This document shows positions 1 to 8,383 of a stretch of DNA of 64,000 bases, piece by piece; the first letter of the stretch is position 1, and the number at the start of each line of letters is the position of its first letter. This DNA is from a candidate division FCPU426 bacterium. GTDB lineage: Bacteria > Oederibacteriota > Muellerivitia > Muellerivitales > Muellerivitaceae. The position numbers and the translations under genes were made by a program. The notes below the pieces were generated by a model, which worked only from the letters and a program-made list of their open reading frames with translations, was not told where the DNA came from and did no database searches. Location: the NCBI GenBank assembly GCA_963771075.1, contig CAVYSE010000014.1, positions 32,226 to 96,225 of the forward strand, written 5' to 3'.

Positions 1-33
1 TGATAGGCCTTTTGCGCTGAACCTAACCTTTTA

Positions 34-216
34 TCAAATAATCCTAATAACCACTTCGTTTCCAACCAGGATGGGGGCTTTTTCCATTCCAACCGTAGCC
101 CGATAACTGCTCCATTTCCATTCTTTAGGATGCTTCACCATTTTGGCCCTTATGGGGTTTAAGACCACATACCGGCACAATTCCTTCAAATAACTTTCTT
201 TATCTACGTGGTTCAT
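34..216 (-). pseudogene. C-terminal fragment of a REP-associated tyrosine (Y1/IS200-like, RAYT) transposase
   Basis: Peptide YLKELCRYVVLNPIRAKMVKHPKEWKWSSY matches the RAYT Y-x-x-x-NP...WSSY motif; N-terminal HUH part absent. Confidence 0.75.
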
Positions 217-234
217 TTTGAATAATTCCCCACT

Positions 235-284
235 TCCCCCATGCCCCTATTGAGAAAAATGATACGGGGCATGGGGACGTCCCC
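235..284. repeat. REP-like GC-rich hairpin next to the RAYT fragment
   Basis: TCCCCCATGCCCC...GGGGCATGGGGA inverted repeat overlapping the palindrome GGGGACGTCCCC. Confidence 0.55.
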
Positions 285-322
285 ATTTTCATTTCGTATG
301 TTTCCAAATGAAGAAATGGGGG

Positions 323-392
323 TGAAAAAGGGGGGCAGGGGGGTATTAGACTTTAACGACAAGGCTAACTCCCCCTTCATCCCCCTCTTTCA
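323..392. repeat. REP-like imperfect hairpin, inverted copy of 3168-3266
   Basis: 362-392 is the reverse complement of 3176-3206 at 30/31 positions; the other arm (TAATACCCCCCT..CCCCCTTTTTCA) is also shared. Confidence 0.75.
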
Positions 393-766
393 TGCTGTTC
401 CTCATATAAATTTTAGTTAATGAGAACAGTATAGTGCTTTAGCACAGAGGGGGAAAAGAACGCCCGCCCTCAAACTGACCCACTACTGGATTGAAAGGAT
501 GGTGAAACAGACCCAGGTGTTTTAAATCGGAAAAGATCGTTTGACCCTGAAAAGACTGTAGATAAAGGCTTTTCGAGGTTCTTGAAAATCGTTAACCGGA
601 CACTAGTGACATGCTATCTTTAATAGAATAGTTGCCGGAAGCTTTGAGACCGGCTTTCCAATTTAAATTTGTAACCTGAAAAAGTCGGCTTTGCCGCCAT
701 TTTCAATAAAACATTCATGGTAACCCCACGATTTCCTGCGGAAATCTTTGGGGTCGAGACCTCTGG

Positions 767-3073
767 TTGTCGCTTTTTTCAAGTTTTTCAGAGGTCTCAA
801 TTTCAACCTGCCCGAAGGCGGTCATTTTGATCTACATCTCTTCGATCCTTCTTTATATGTTTGCCGGGATATTCTTGTATACCGGCCTCAATTACCTTCT
901 CTATATCCGCGGGTACCAGAAAGATTATATTTTCGTTCTATTCGGATGGCTCTGTTTACTCAGCGCGGCCTATGCGGTCGTCACCGTCTCTAGTTATCAC
1001 GCGGTTGATGTCGCTTCCCAACTCGAGGCCGCCAAATATCGGTATGTCCTCGCTCGATTGATCATGATGATCCTGATGTGGTTCATCGGCGCCTATACGG
1101 ACTACATTCCTAAAATGCTTCTCTCCGTTCTTTCGTTACTCGCCCTCTTTTTGGCGATTTGCAAATTACTCCTCCCCGTCGCGACGCTTTATCCCAACAT
1201 TAGGGGTATGGGATATCTCACGACTCCCTGGGGCGAACACCTGACCACCGTCATATGCGATATCTCTCCCCTCACCTATTTGCTTTACGCTGTTTATGTC
1301 GGTTTGTTCTATTTCGCTTTCCGCGCGGGCATGCATCTTTACCGTTCCGGCGGGAAGGGCCGAACCACCCCCCTATTCCTTTCATATGGTTTTGGCCTGG
1401 TCGCTTTCGGCAACGACATCTTGGTGGACGCCAACCTCATCCAAAATATGTACATCGAGGATTTCGCCATCTTTAATTTCGTGCTTTTGGTGGGAGGGTG
1501 GTTGAATACACGCCGCATGCACGCCGAGGGAAATTACCGGAATCTTTTCCATACGGTTAGCGACGCCATCTTTGTCCATGACGCGAAAACGGGAAAAATC
1601 CTGGATGTCAATGAAACCACCGCGAGAATGTTCGGCGCAACCCGCCAAGAATTGATGACGGGCGACATTTCCCGCCTGTCGGCGGAAGTGGCTCCCTACC
1701 GGTCGGAAGACGCGGTTGGCCTTATTCGATCCGCCGCTGAGGGCAAACCCCAGGTTTTCGAGTGGCTCTCCCGCCGCGTTGACAACGGCCAGCTTTTCCA
1801 TACCGAGGTGGCCCTTCGACACGCCGTCATCGACGGCCGGTCCGTGGTCATGGCGGTCGTAAGGAATATCGAGGACCGGATAAAAGCCCTGGATGAAAAA
1901 TCAGCCTTGGAAAAGCAAATGTTTCAGGCTCAAAAGTTGGAAAGCCTGGGCCTTCTTTCGGGAAGCGTGGCGCATGATTTCAACAATCTTTTGACGACCA
2001 TCCTGGGAAACGCGGTTTTGATCCAAAAATCCCTTCCGGACGGCGCTTCCTCCCAAGCCCAATTGGAACACCTGATCAACGCCACCCAAAGGGCTTCCGC
2101 TCTTTGCAGGCAATTACTCGCCTATTCGGGCAAAGGTAGTTTTGTCGTAGAGGCCCTCAGCCTAAGAGACGCGGTCGAGGACATCACCCGGATTTTGGAG
2201 GTATCCATCCCCAAGAACATCCAGCTCAACTTGCGATTCGATCCCCATCTTCCCTATGTGCTTGCCGACGCGACCCAAATCCGGCAAGTGGTCATGAACC
2301 TCATCACGAATTCCGTGGAGGCTATCGGGGACCGGCCCGGATTGATCACTCTTTCCGCCAAGGCGGAATCCTTCTCCCGCGATGAGTTGAAAGATTTCCA
2401 TGGTGATTCGAACCTGTCTTCGGGGTCCTTTGCCTGCCTGGAAATTACCGATAACGGTTCCGGCATGGATTCGGAGACCATTTCCCGTGTTTTCGAGCCT
2501 TTTTTCTCGACTAAATTCACCGGCAGGGGCCTGGGGATGGCGGCGGTTTTTGGGATCATCAAGGGCCATCAGGGTGCCATCAAAATTAATAGTGAACCTG
2601 GCCGCGGTACCCAAGTCATGGTTCTCTTCCCAACGACGGATGATAAACCGGCCAAATCCGATGCCGTTAAGTCCCAACCCCCGGTTCAACCCGGCCCCCA
2701 AGCGACGGTTCTCCTGGTGGATGATGACAAGTCGGTCCTCATGACGGTCGAAAGCATCACGGAAATGATCGGTTTTAAATCCCTCTCCGCCGAAAGCGGA
2801 AAGGGGGCCTTGGAATTATTTCAGAAACACCACAGGGAAATTTCATGCGTCATCCTCGACCTGACCATGCCCGATATGGACGGGTCGGAAACCTTGCGGG
2901 AACTCAAGAAAATCGATCCCTCGGTGCCCGTCATCCTGACCAGCGGCTACAGCGAGCAGAGTTCCAAGGACCGGGTCAATCAACAAGAAATCGCGGGCTT
3001 TCTGCAAAAGCCCTACAAGCTCGAGGATTTCGAACGAATGATTCATTCCGTCATCAATCCCGGCGCGAAATAA
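767..3073 (+). CDS. Membrane hybrid sensor histidine kinase (multi-TM, PAS, HisKA, HATPase, REC)
   Basis: About 7 TM helices; H-box VAHDFNNLL; N/G boxes NLITNS, DNGSGM, FFSTK, GRGLGM; receiver LLVDDD..LDLTMP..QKP; start uncertain. Confidence 0.93.
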   Translation: MSLFSSFSEVSISTCPKAVILIYISSILLYMFAGIFLYTGLNYLLYIRGYQKDYIFVLFGWLCLLSAAYAVVTVSSYHAVDVASQLEAAKYRYVLARLIMMILMWFIGAYTDYIPKMLLSVLSLLALFLAICKLLLPVATLYPNIRGMGYLTTPWGEHLTTVICDISPLTYLLYAVYVGLFYFAFRAGMHLYRSGGKGRTTPLFLSYGFGLVAFGNDILVDANLIQNMYIEDFAIFNFVLLVGGWLNTRRMHAEGNYRNLFHTVSDAIFVHDAKTGKILDVNETTARMFGATRQELMTGDISRLSAEVAPYRSEDAVGLIRSAAEGKPQVFEWLSRRVDNGQLFHTEVALRHAVIDGRSVVMAVVRNIEDRIKALDEKSALEKQMFQAQKLESLGLLSGSVAHDFNNLLTTILGNAVLIQKSLPDGASSQAQLEHLINATQRASALCRQLLAYSGKGSFVVEALSLRDAVEDITRILEVSIPKNIQLNLRFDPHLPYVLADATQIRQVVMNLITNSVEAIGDRPGLITLSAKAESFSRDELKDFHGDSNLSSGSFACLEITDNGSGMDSETISRVFEPFFSTKFTGRGLGMAAVFGIIKGHQGAIKINSEPGRGTQVMVLFPTTDDKPAKSDAVKSQPPVQPGPQATVLLVDDDKSVLMTVESITEMIGFKSLSAESGKGALELFQKHHREISCVILDLTMPDMDGSETLRELKKIDPSVPVILTSGYSEQSSKDRVNQQEIAGFLQKPYKLEDFERMIHSVINPGAK

Positions 3074-3167
3074 ATCACAAATGGGATGGTTTTCCCGGTT
3101 TTGACTCTCGGACTAAATATTACATGCTTATGCGCAATGCACCTGCGGTTTATTGATTTTTTAATCT

Positions 3168-3266
3168 TCCCCCTCTGAAAGAGGGGGATAAAGGGGGAGT
3201 TAGCCTCTGGGTGTTACACAACAAAAGCTAATACCCCCCTAATCCCCCTTTTTCAAAGGGGGGGAT
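3168..3266. repeat. REP-like doublet of hairpins (CCCCCTCT-GAA-AGAGGGGG / CCCCCTTT-TTC-AAAGGGGG)
   Basis: Two facing G/C-run hairpins between convergent genes; homologous to 323-392. Confidence 0.75.
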
Positions 3267-3345
3267 AACTTTGCAAACATAGAATCAGATAAGCACTTAC
3301 CAAACCTGAGTAAATCGCAGGTGCTTTGTGCATAGGCACGAAATA

Positions 3346-3789
3346 TTACTTTTCTTTTACTACCACCAGGGCGGCGGCCTGAAGGGCCAAAAGGTAGCTG
3401 TTTTTACCGAAACCAACTACCTGCCCCACCGAAACCGGGGAGATGTGGGAGGATTGGCGGAACCCCTCGCGGGCGTGAATATTGGACAGATGTACCTCGA
3501 TCGCCGGAAGCTTGACCGCTGAAATCGCGTCCCGGATGGCCACTGAAGTATGGGTATAGGCGGCCGGGTTGATGATGATGACATCGGCCCAGGTACGGCC
3601 CGTTTGGATGGCGTCCACGATCTCGCCCTCGTGGTTGGATTGGACAATCTTTAACTCAAGCTCCAATCCCTTGGCTTTTTCAACCATTTCCTTATTGATT
3701 TCTTCCAAGGTGAAAGCACCGTAAACCTGGGGTTCACGTTCGCCCAAGAGGTTCAGATTAGGGCCGTGAATGACGAGAACTTTTCGCAT
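3346..3789 (-). CDS. aroQ: Type II 3-dehydroquinate dehydratase
   Basis: [41 protein letters not shown] motifs. Confidence 0.97.
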   Translation of the reverse strand: MRKVLVIHGPNLNLLGEREPQVYGAFTLEEINKEMVEKAKGLELELKIVQSNHEGEIVDAIQTGRTWADVIIINPAAYTHTSVAIRDAISAVKLPAIEVHLSNIHAREGFRQSSHISPVSVGQVVGFGKNSYLLALQAAALVVVKEK

Positions 3790-3864
3790 GGGATCACCTT
3801 TCGTGGAGCGCCGCTTTCGATCGGCTGCCCTTCATGGATTCACTTCGAACTTATTTAAAGACTA

Positions 3865-4008
3865 TAACAAAACCTAATTTCACCACAGGCCGCCTTTGGC
3901 GGTCACAGAGGCACAGAAAAAACCTTTCTTAATTCAAGGAATCTTAAACCAATTGTCCGGGGTTACTCTGTGTCTCCGTGTCTCTGTGGTAAATATCGGG
4001 TTTTGTTA
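3865..4008. repeat. Long imperfect inverted-repeat (MITE/REP-like) element
   Basis: Terminal TAACAAAACC/GGTTTTGTTA plus inner arms CACCACAG..CACAGAGGCACAGA / CTCTGTGTCTCCGTGTCTCTGTGGT. Confidence 0.6.
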
Positions 4009-4185
4009 GAAATTCTTAGTGGATAGATGGGCAAGCCAATTTCTCATCTAAAAACTTATTAAGGGAAAATGGCAGTGATTATGCTACAAAGAAGCGGACC
4101 GGCCCTACAAGGAAAAAGCGCCTCTTAACAACCAACCCGGATTTATACCTTGCCCCCTGAACGAGGGTTATAATTCCACCATATT

Positions 4186-6324
4186 ATGACCCATCCATTC
4201 GAATCTTCCCTGCCCCGCGCCACCCCCCGCTCACGCTCAATGGATTCACCTTGGGTTCCGCTTCTTTGTTTCCTGGTCATGACCCTATCGAACGCGCTTC
4301 TTTCTTATTTCCGCCTTTCCCTTTCCATTGACATCTTGATCCTGTGCTTTGGACTGGTAATCCCCGTTCTTCTCGCGGCAAACCTCAACCTGAAAGAAGC
4401 GAACGAAAAAAACCTATTTTCAATACCGGGCTGGTTCTATATGGCGGCTATTTCGGCTTTTCTTTTCTTCCGTCTTTACCGCTTAACCAGCCTTTCCACT
4501 TGGCCCATCGTGGACGAGGGGGTCTTTGGTTATTTCGCCACCCTTCTTGAACGAAAATGGGATTGGCAGTTGACCCATGGTTACGCCCAAGAACCCGTCC
4601 TCTATACCTGGGGCCAGTTCCTTTTTTTCAAAGTTTTCGGCAACTCCCTCTTTTCCATTTGGCTTTTCCCGGCTATTTGTTCGGCGCTGGCCCTTCCCCT
4701 GGCCTGGGGCGCGGTCAGCAAAACCAAGGGTTCCTCCCTTGCATTCCTTGTTTTTTGCTTTATGGGTTTGGGTTATTGGCCTCTCTACTTGGGCCGCATC
4801 TCGGTTCAAAGCGCCTTGATGGTTCCCTGGGAATGGCTTGTCTTTTGGCTTTTAGCCCAAGTGTTCCTAAACCCCAAGCCCCATTCCTTGCTTCCGATCC
4901 TTTTACTATCCATCTTCACCGCCCTTGGGTTTTATATCTACCTCGCCTGGCCACTGGTGGCTTTCATGGTCTTCGTCGCCTTGTTGTTTCAAACCGGGGC
5001 GGAAAAGATACAACGTTCCCGAAATCTCACCCTATTCATTCTCGTTCAATTGGTCCTGGTGTCTACCCTGGCCCTGGTTTACTGGAATGGCCACGCCGAC
5101 TACTTCGCCCATCTTTGGTTTCCGTCCAGCCAAGTTGGCTGGTTGGAAAAATTAGGCCTGCCTTGGGCTTACCTCAAATCCATATTTTGGGGACAGGATG
5201 CCTCTAACTTTTCCCATGGGCCCCTCTGGGGAGGACTTTTAAACCCCTTGATGACAACCTGTTTCATATGGGGCTTAATCGGATTATTGGGCTCCCAACT
5301 CAAGCCCTTGCAATCTTGGGTCCTTTTGTCTCTTTTCATTTTCTTTCTTCCCGCCTTCCTCACCAATAATTTCGAGTTGACCCGATTGGCCCCGCTCCTG
5401 CCTCTCCTAGTCCTCGTTTGCGCGCAAGGAGCTTCAATTCTCCTGGGCTTGATTCCAAAGGGAACCCGAGTGTGGGTATTACTCGTTTTTTTAAGCTGCT
5501 CATGCTCGGTGGACGCGCACCACTTGTTCCAGATCTATCCCCCTTATTGGGCAGAACATCCTGCTTATTATGGGGACCAAAAAACGCCTGAATTTTACCG
5601 GGCCTACAACCTCTTGAAACCTATTTCCAACCTAAAGGGTCCCGGTTGGATACTTTTAAATTTCAATCCCGATCCTTATGACCAAACGCTTTTCGTGACA
5701 TCTTTCCAATTCAACTCGGCGGAAAACCCAGGTTTGGATCCCTCCCGGTCCCAATGGGCCGCAATCCTAACGAATATTCACGAACAACCTTCCCTCAAGC
5801 GAATGTTTCCCGAGGGCCAATGGACTTGGCTTTCCCAAGGGCTCAATCGGTCCGATGGCGGCTTCATGCTGGAAACCCTGCCCCTGACTTCCTCCAACCG
5901 CGCGATCCTGAATCGCTGGAAGATAGCAAACCAAGGTTTCAGCGAACTGACCTATTCCATGATGGACAGGGGTGTGGTATCGGACCAAAACCCTTTACTT
6001 CATCTCATGGACAAGGTTTATCCCATTTTCCAAGGGGATCCACTCTTGGAATCACGTTATTGGCGCATAAGAGCTCTCCATCACCTGGCAGGGGGAAATT
6101 GGGCGGCCGCCACGGAAGACTACCAAGAGGCCTTGGCGAAAGGCGTGCCCCAAGCCCAACTTTACGACGAATTGGGAAAGCTTGAATGGAAAGCGGGAAA
6201 CAAGGATGAGGCGGAAAAGAATTTCAAGGCCGCCGTGGCTTGTCGGCTCAATTTGACCGACGCCCAGGAAAGCCTAAATGTTCTTGAATCCCGGAAAGAA
6301 ACTGCCGCCGGGAAAACTCAATGA
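4186..6324 (+). CDS. GT-C fold glycosyltransferase (GT39/GT83, PMT_2/ArnT-like) with C-terminal TPR
   Basis: Many TM segments, first-loop acidic DE motif (WPIVDEG), P-LY motif (EPVLY), C-terminal TPR-like helices. Confidence 0.7.
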   Translation: MTHPFESSLPRATPRSRSMDSPWVPLLCFLVMTLSNALLSYFRLSLSIDILILCFGLVIPVLLAANLNLKEANEKNLFSIPGWFYMAAISAFLFFRLYRLTSLSTWPIVDEGVFGYFATLLERKWDWQLTHGYAQEPVLYTWGQFLFFKVFGNSLFSIWLFPAICSALALPLAWGAVSKTKGSSLAFLVFCFMGLGYWPLYLGRISVQSALMVPWEWLVFWLLAQVFLNPKPHSLLPILLLSIFTALGFYIYLAWPLVAFMVFVALLFQTGAEKIQRSRNLTLFILVQLVLVSTLALVYWNGHADYFAHLWFPSSQVGWLEKLGLPWAYLKSIFWGQDASNFSHGPLWGGLLNPLMTTCFIWGLIGLLGSQLKPLQSWVLLSLFIFFLPAFLTNNFELTRLAPLLPLLVLVCAQGASILLGLIPKGTRVWVLLVFLSCSCSVDAHHLFQIYPPYWAEHPAYYGDQKTPEFYRAYNLLKPISNLKGPGWILLNFNPDPYDQTLFVTSFQFNSAENPGLDPSRSQWAAILTNIHEQPSLKRMFPEGQWTWLSQGLNRSDGGFMLETLPLTSSNRAILNRWKIANQGFSELTYSMMDRGVVSDQNPLLHLMDKVYPIFQGDPLLESRYWRIRALHHLAGGNWAAATEDYQEALAKGVPQAQLYDELGKLEWKAGNKDEAEKNFKAAVACRLNLTDAQESLNVLESRKETAAGKTQ

Positions 6325-6337
6325 TTTTCCGAAATAA

Positions 6338-8356
6338 TTAATTAGACCCCGGCGCGGGAAGGGATGGCATCCCGGAGGAAGGCGCCGGTTTTTGATTGTC
6401 GTATTGATCCAACCAAGCCTTGAGAGTCGTATCCGCGGGATTGTATTTGACGGCCTTGCGGTAAGCCAAGATGGCCTTGTCTTTATCGCCCAGGCTCAAG
6501 TAGCAGTCACCCGCCAATCGGTAAGCCTGCGCGTACCGCTCGTCCGCTTCGGTGGCCGTCAAGAACCGGCTCAGGGCCTCTTTAAAATTCTTTTGGTTGT
6601 AGAAGGGCATGCCCTCCGCAACCATCTCGGGCGCGGTTTCGACCTTGACCCCCGTTACGATCAGCTCCACCCGGCGGTTTTTCGCCCTACCCTCAGGGGT
6701 ATCGTTCGTGGCCACGGGCTTGGTTTCCCCATACCCCACCGTCGAGAGATGGGAAGCGTCCATGCCCCGTGTGACCAGGTAATTCTTGACCGCGTTCGCG
6801 CGGGCCAGGGACAGGACATCGTTCGAGGCGAATTTGGCCCCGGCGGCCAGGTGCTGGTTGTCGGTATGCCCGGCGATGGTGATCTGGCAATCCTCATACT
6901 TTTGGCGGATGCTCTGGACCGTTTGTTCGAGGATGGAATAACCCCTCTGTTGGAGCACATCCTGACCGGAGTCGAATAAGAGGTCGCCCGCCACCTGGAA
7001 ACTGTATTGATAAGGAACTTTCTTGGGCACCCAACGGGCCAAGATGGGTTTCGGTTGGGCTTCCGTGGTGTTGCCCTCGGTATCGGACAATTGCAGATGA
7101 ACCGTATATTGCCCATGGGGAACCAATTCCCCGGCTTGGTTGGTCCCATCCCAAATAAACTCGGGAGGGGGCGTGCCGTTTCCAATCAGGGACCTTACCA
7201 GCATGCCGTCCGAATCCAAAATGGCGATGCGCCATTTATCCAGCGGCTCCTCGCTTCGGGTGGTCATTCGGGAAGTCGCGGACTGCTCGCCCAGGACGAA
7301 TGAGGAGGTGGCCGTGATATCGGCCGTCAAAAGCACGGGCGCTTTGCCGATGATCAGGTTGACCGAGATGCGGTGCGTATCCCCCAAGATGCCGTAAGGC
7401 ACGAAGGCGTAATCCACATCCGCCTCCACGTCGTCAAACTGGTGGGCAATACCCGCGCCCAGGTCCGGTCCCGTGTCGGTGCCATCCTGGCTTCCTGTCC
7501 GGTAACCCGCACGGATGAAAACATCATTGCTCCCGAACCTCATCCGGTATTCGTCTCCCAGGCTGATCCGGGCCCCGGTATCGTCGTTGACGTTAAAATC
7601 GGAGGCAATGATCATCCTGTCTTTCTTCAAAAAGAGGCTTTTCAGCCAATAGGACCCGGCCACCTTGAAGATGACGGGCTGGGCGAAGTCTTGCAGGTTG
7701 GTGCCGACGTTATAAATCACCACACCCACGTAACAGGTCTTGGCTTTCGCCTCGTAAAGGAGGCCCATGTTGAAGTTCGCGCCCGCCGTGCTGATATTCA
7801 CCAGGCTTTGGCCCACCACCGACCCCTCCAACCCGACCATCAAGTGGTCAAAGAAACCTCCCCCCGGGATCCAATTTCCAAGCTTTTGGGCGTAGGCAAT
7901 GCTCCCCTCATATTCATAGGCGCTGATGGAAGGTCCTACCCCGCCATAATCCCCGTTGGCTGTTTCCAGGGCCCCGTCAAAGCTTCCGGTTCCCAGGTAA
8001 TTGAGGCTTCCGCCAATGGCGCCATCGGTGTCGAGATTTTGGGTAAAGGCGAAATACTCGCTGTCCACGCCCTGCAACCAAACGCCATGTGTCAGGTTGA
8101 ATTCGGTGCCGCGGGCCCGAATGAGCCCGGCGGGATTCCAATAGAGAGCCGTGGGATCGTCGGCTACGGCCGTGAAGGATTCACCCATCCCGACCGCACG
8201 GGCGCCCATGGGAATCTTTTGGAAATTGGTGCTGGTGGAGCCAGCTCCCGTGGTTTGAGCCGTAAGTAATGAGGGAATAGGACTCAGAACGAGGATTAAA
8301 AGAAAAATGCGGCTTAAAAAAGGCTTCATACCTTGGGGAAAAATTTCTAAAGTCAC
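6338..8356 (-). CDS. PorV/PorQ-family outer-membrane beta-barrel fused to FlgD-Ig, OmpA-C and TPR domains
   Basis: Signal peptide; KIPMGARAVGMGE...DDPTALYWNPAGL PorV-family motif; IWDGTNQAGELVPHGQY (FlgD-Ig); GHTDN...LSLARA...GYGE..P...NRRVE (OmpA); TPR tail. Confidence 0.85.
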   Translation of the reverse strand: MTLEIFPQGMKPFLSRIFLLILVLSPIPSLLTAQTTGAGSTSTNFQKIPMGARAVGMGESFTAVADDPTALYWNPAGLIRARGTEFNLTHGVWLQGVDSEYFAFTQNLDTDGAIGGSLNYLGTGSFDGALETANGDYGGVGPSISAYEYEGSIAYAQKLGNWIPGGGFFDHLMVGLEGSVVGQSLVNISTAGANFNMGLLYEAKAKTCYVGVVIYNVGTNLQDFAQPVIFKVAGSYWLKSLFLKKDRMIIASDFNVNDDTGARISLGDEYRMRFGSNDVFIRAGYRTGSQDGTDTGPDLGAGIAHQFDDVEADVDYAFVPYGILGDTHRISVNLIIGKAPVLLTADITATSSFVLGEQSATSRMTTRSEEPLDKWRIAILDSDGMLVRSLIGNGTPPPEFIWDGTNQAGELVPHGQYTVHLQLSDTEGNTTEAQPKPILARWVPKKVPYQYSFQVAGDLLFDSGQDVLQQRGYSILEQTVQSIRQKYEDCQITIAGHTDNQHLAAGAKFASNDVLSLARANAVKNYLVTRGMDASHLSTVGYGETKPVATNDTPEGRAKNRRVELIVTGVKVETAPEMVAEGMPFYNQKNFKEALSRFLTATEADERYAQAYRLAGDCYLSLGDKDKAILAYRKAVKYNPADTTLKAWLDQYDNQKPAPSSGMPSLPAPGSN

Positions 8357-8383
8357 TTTAAATATCCTTTAGCGCCCATTCCA

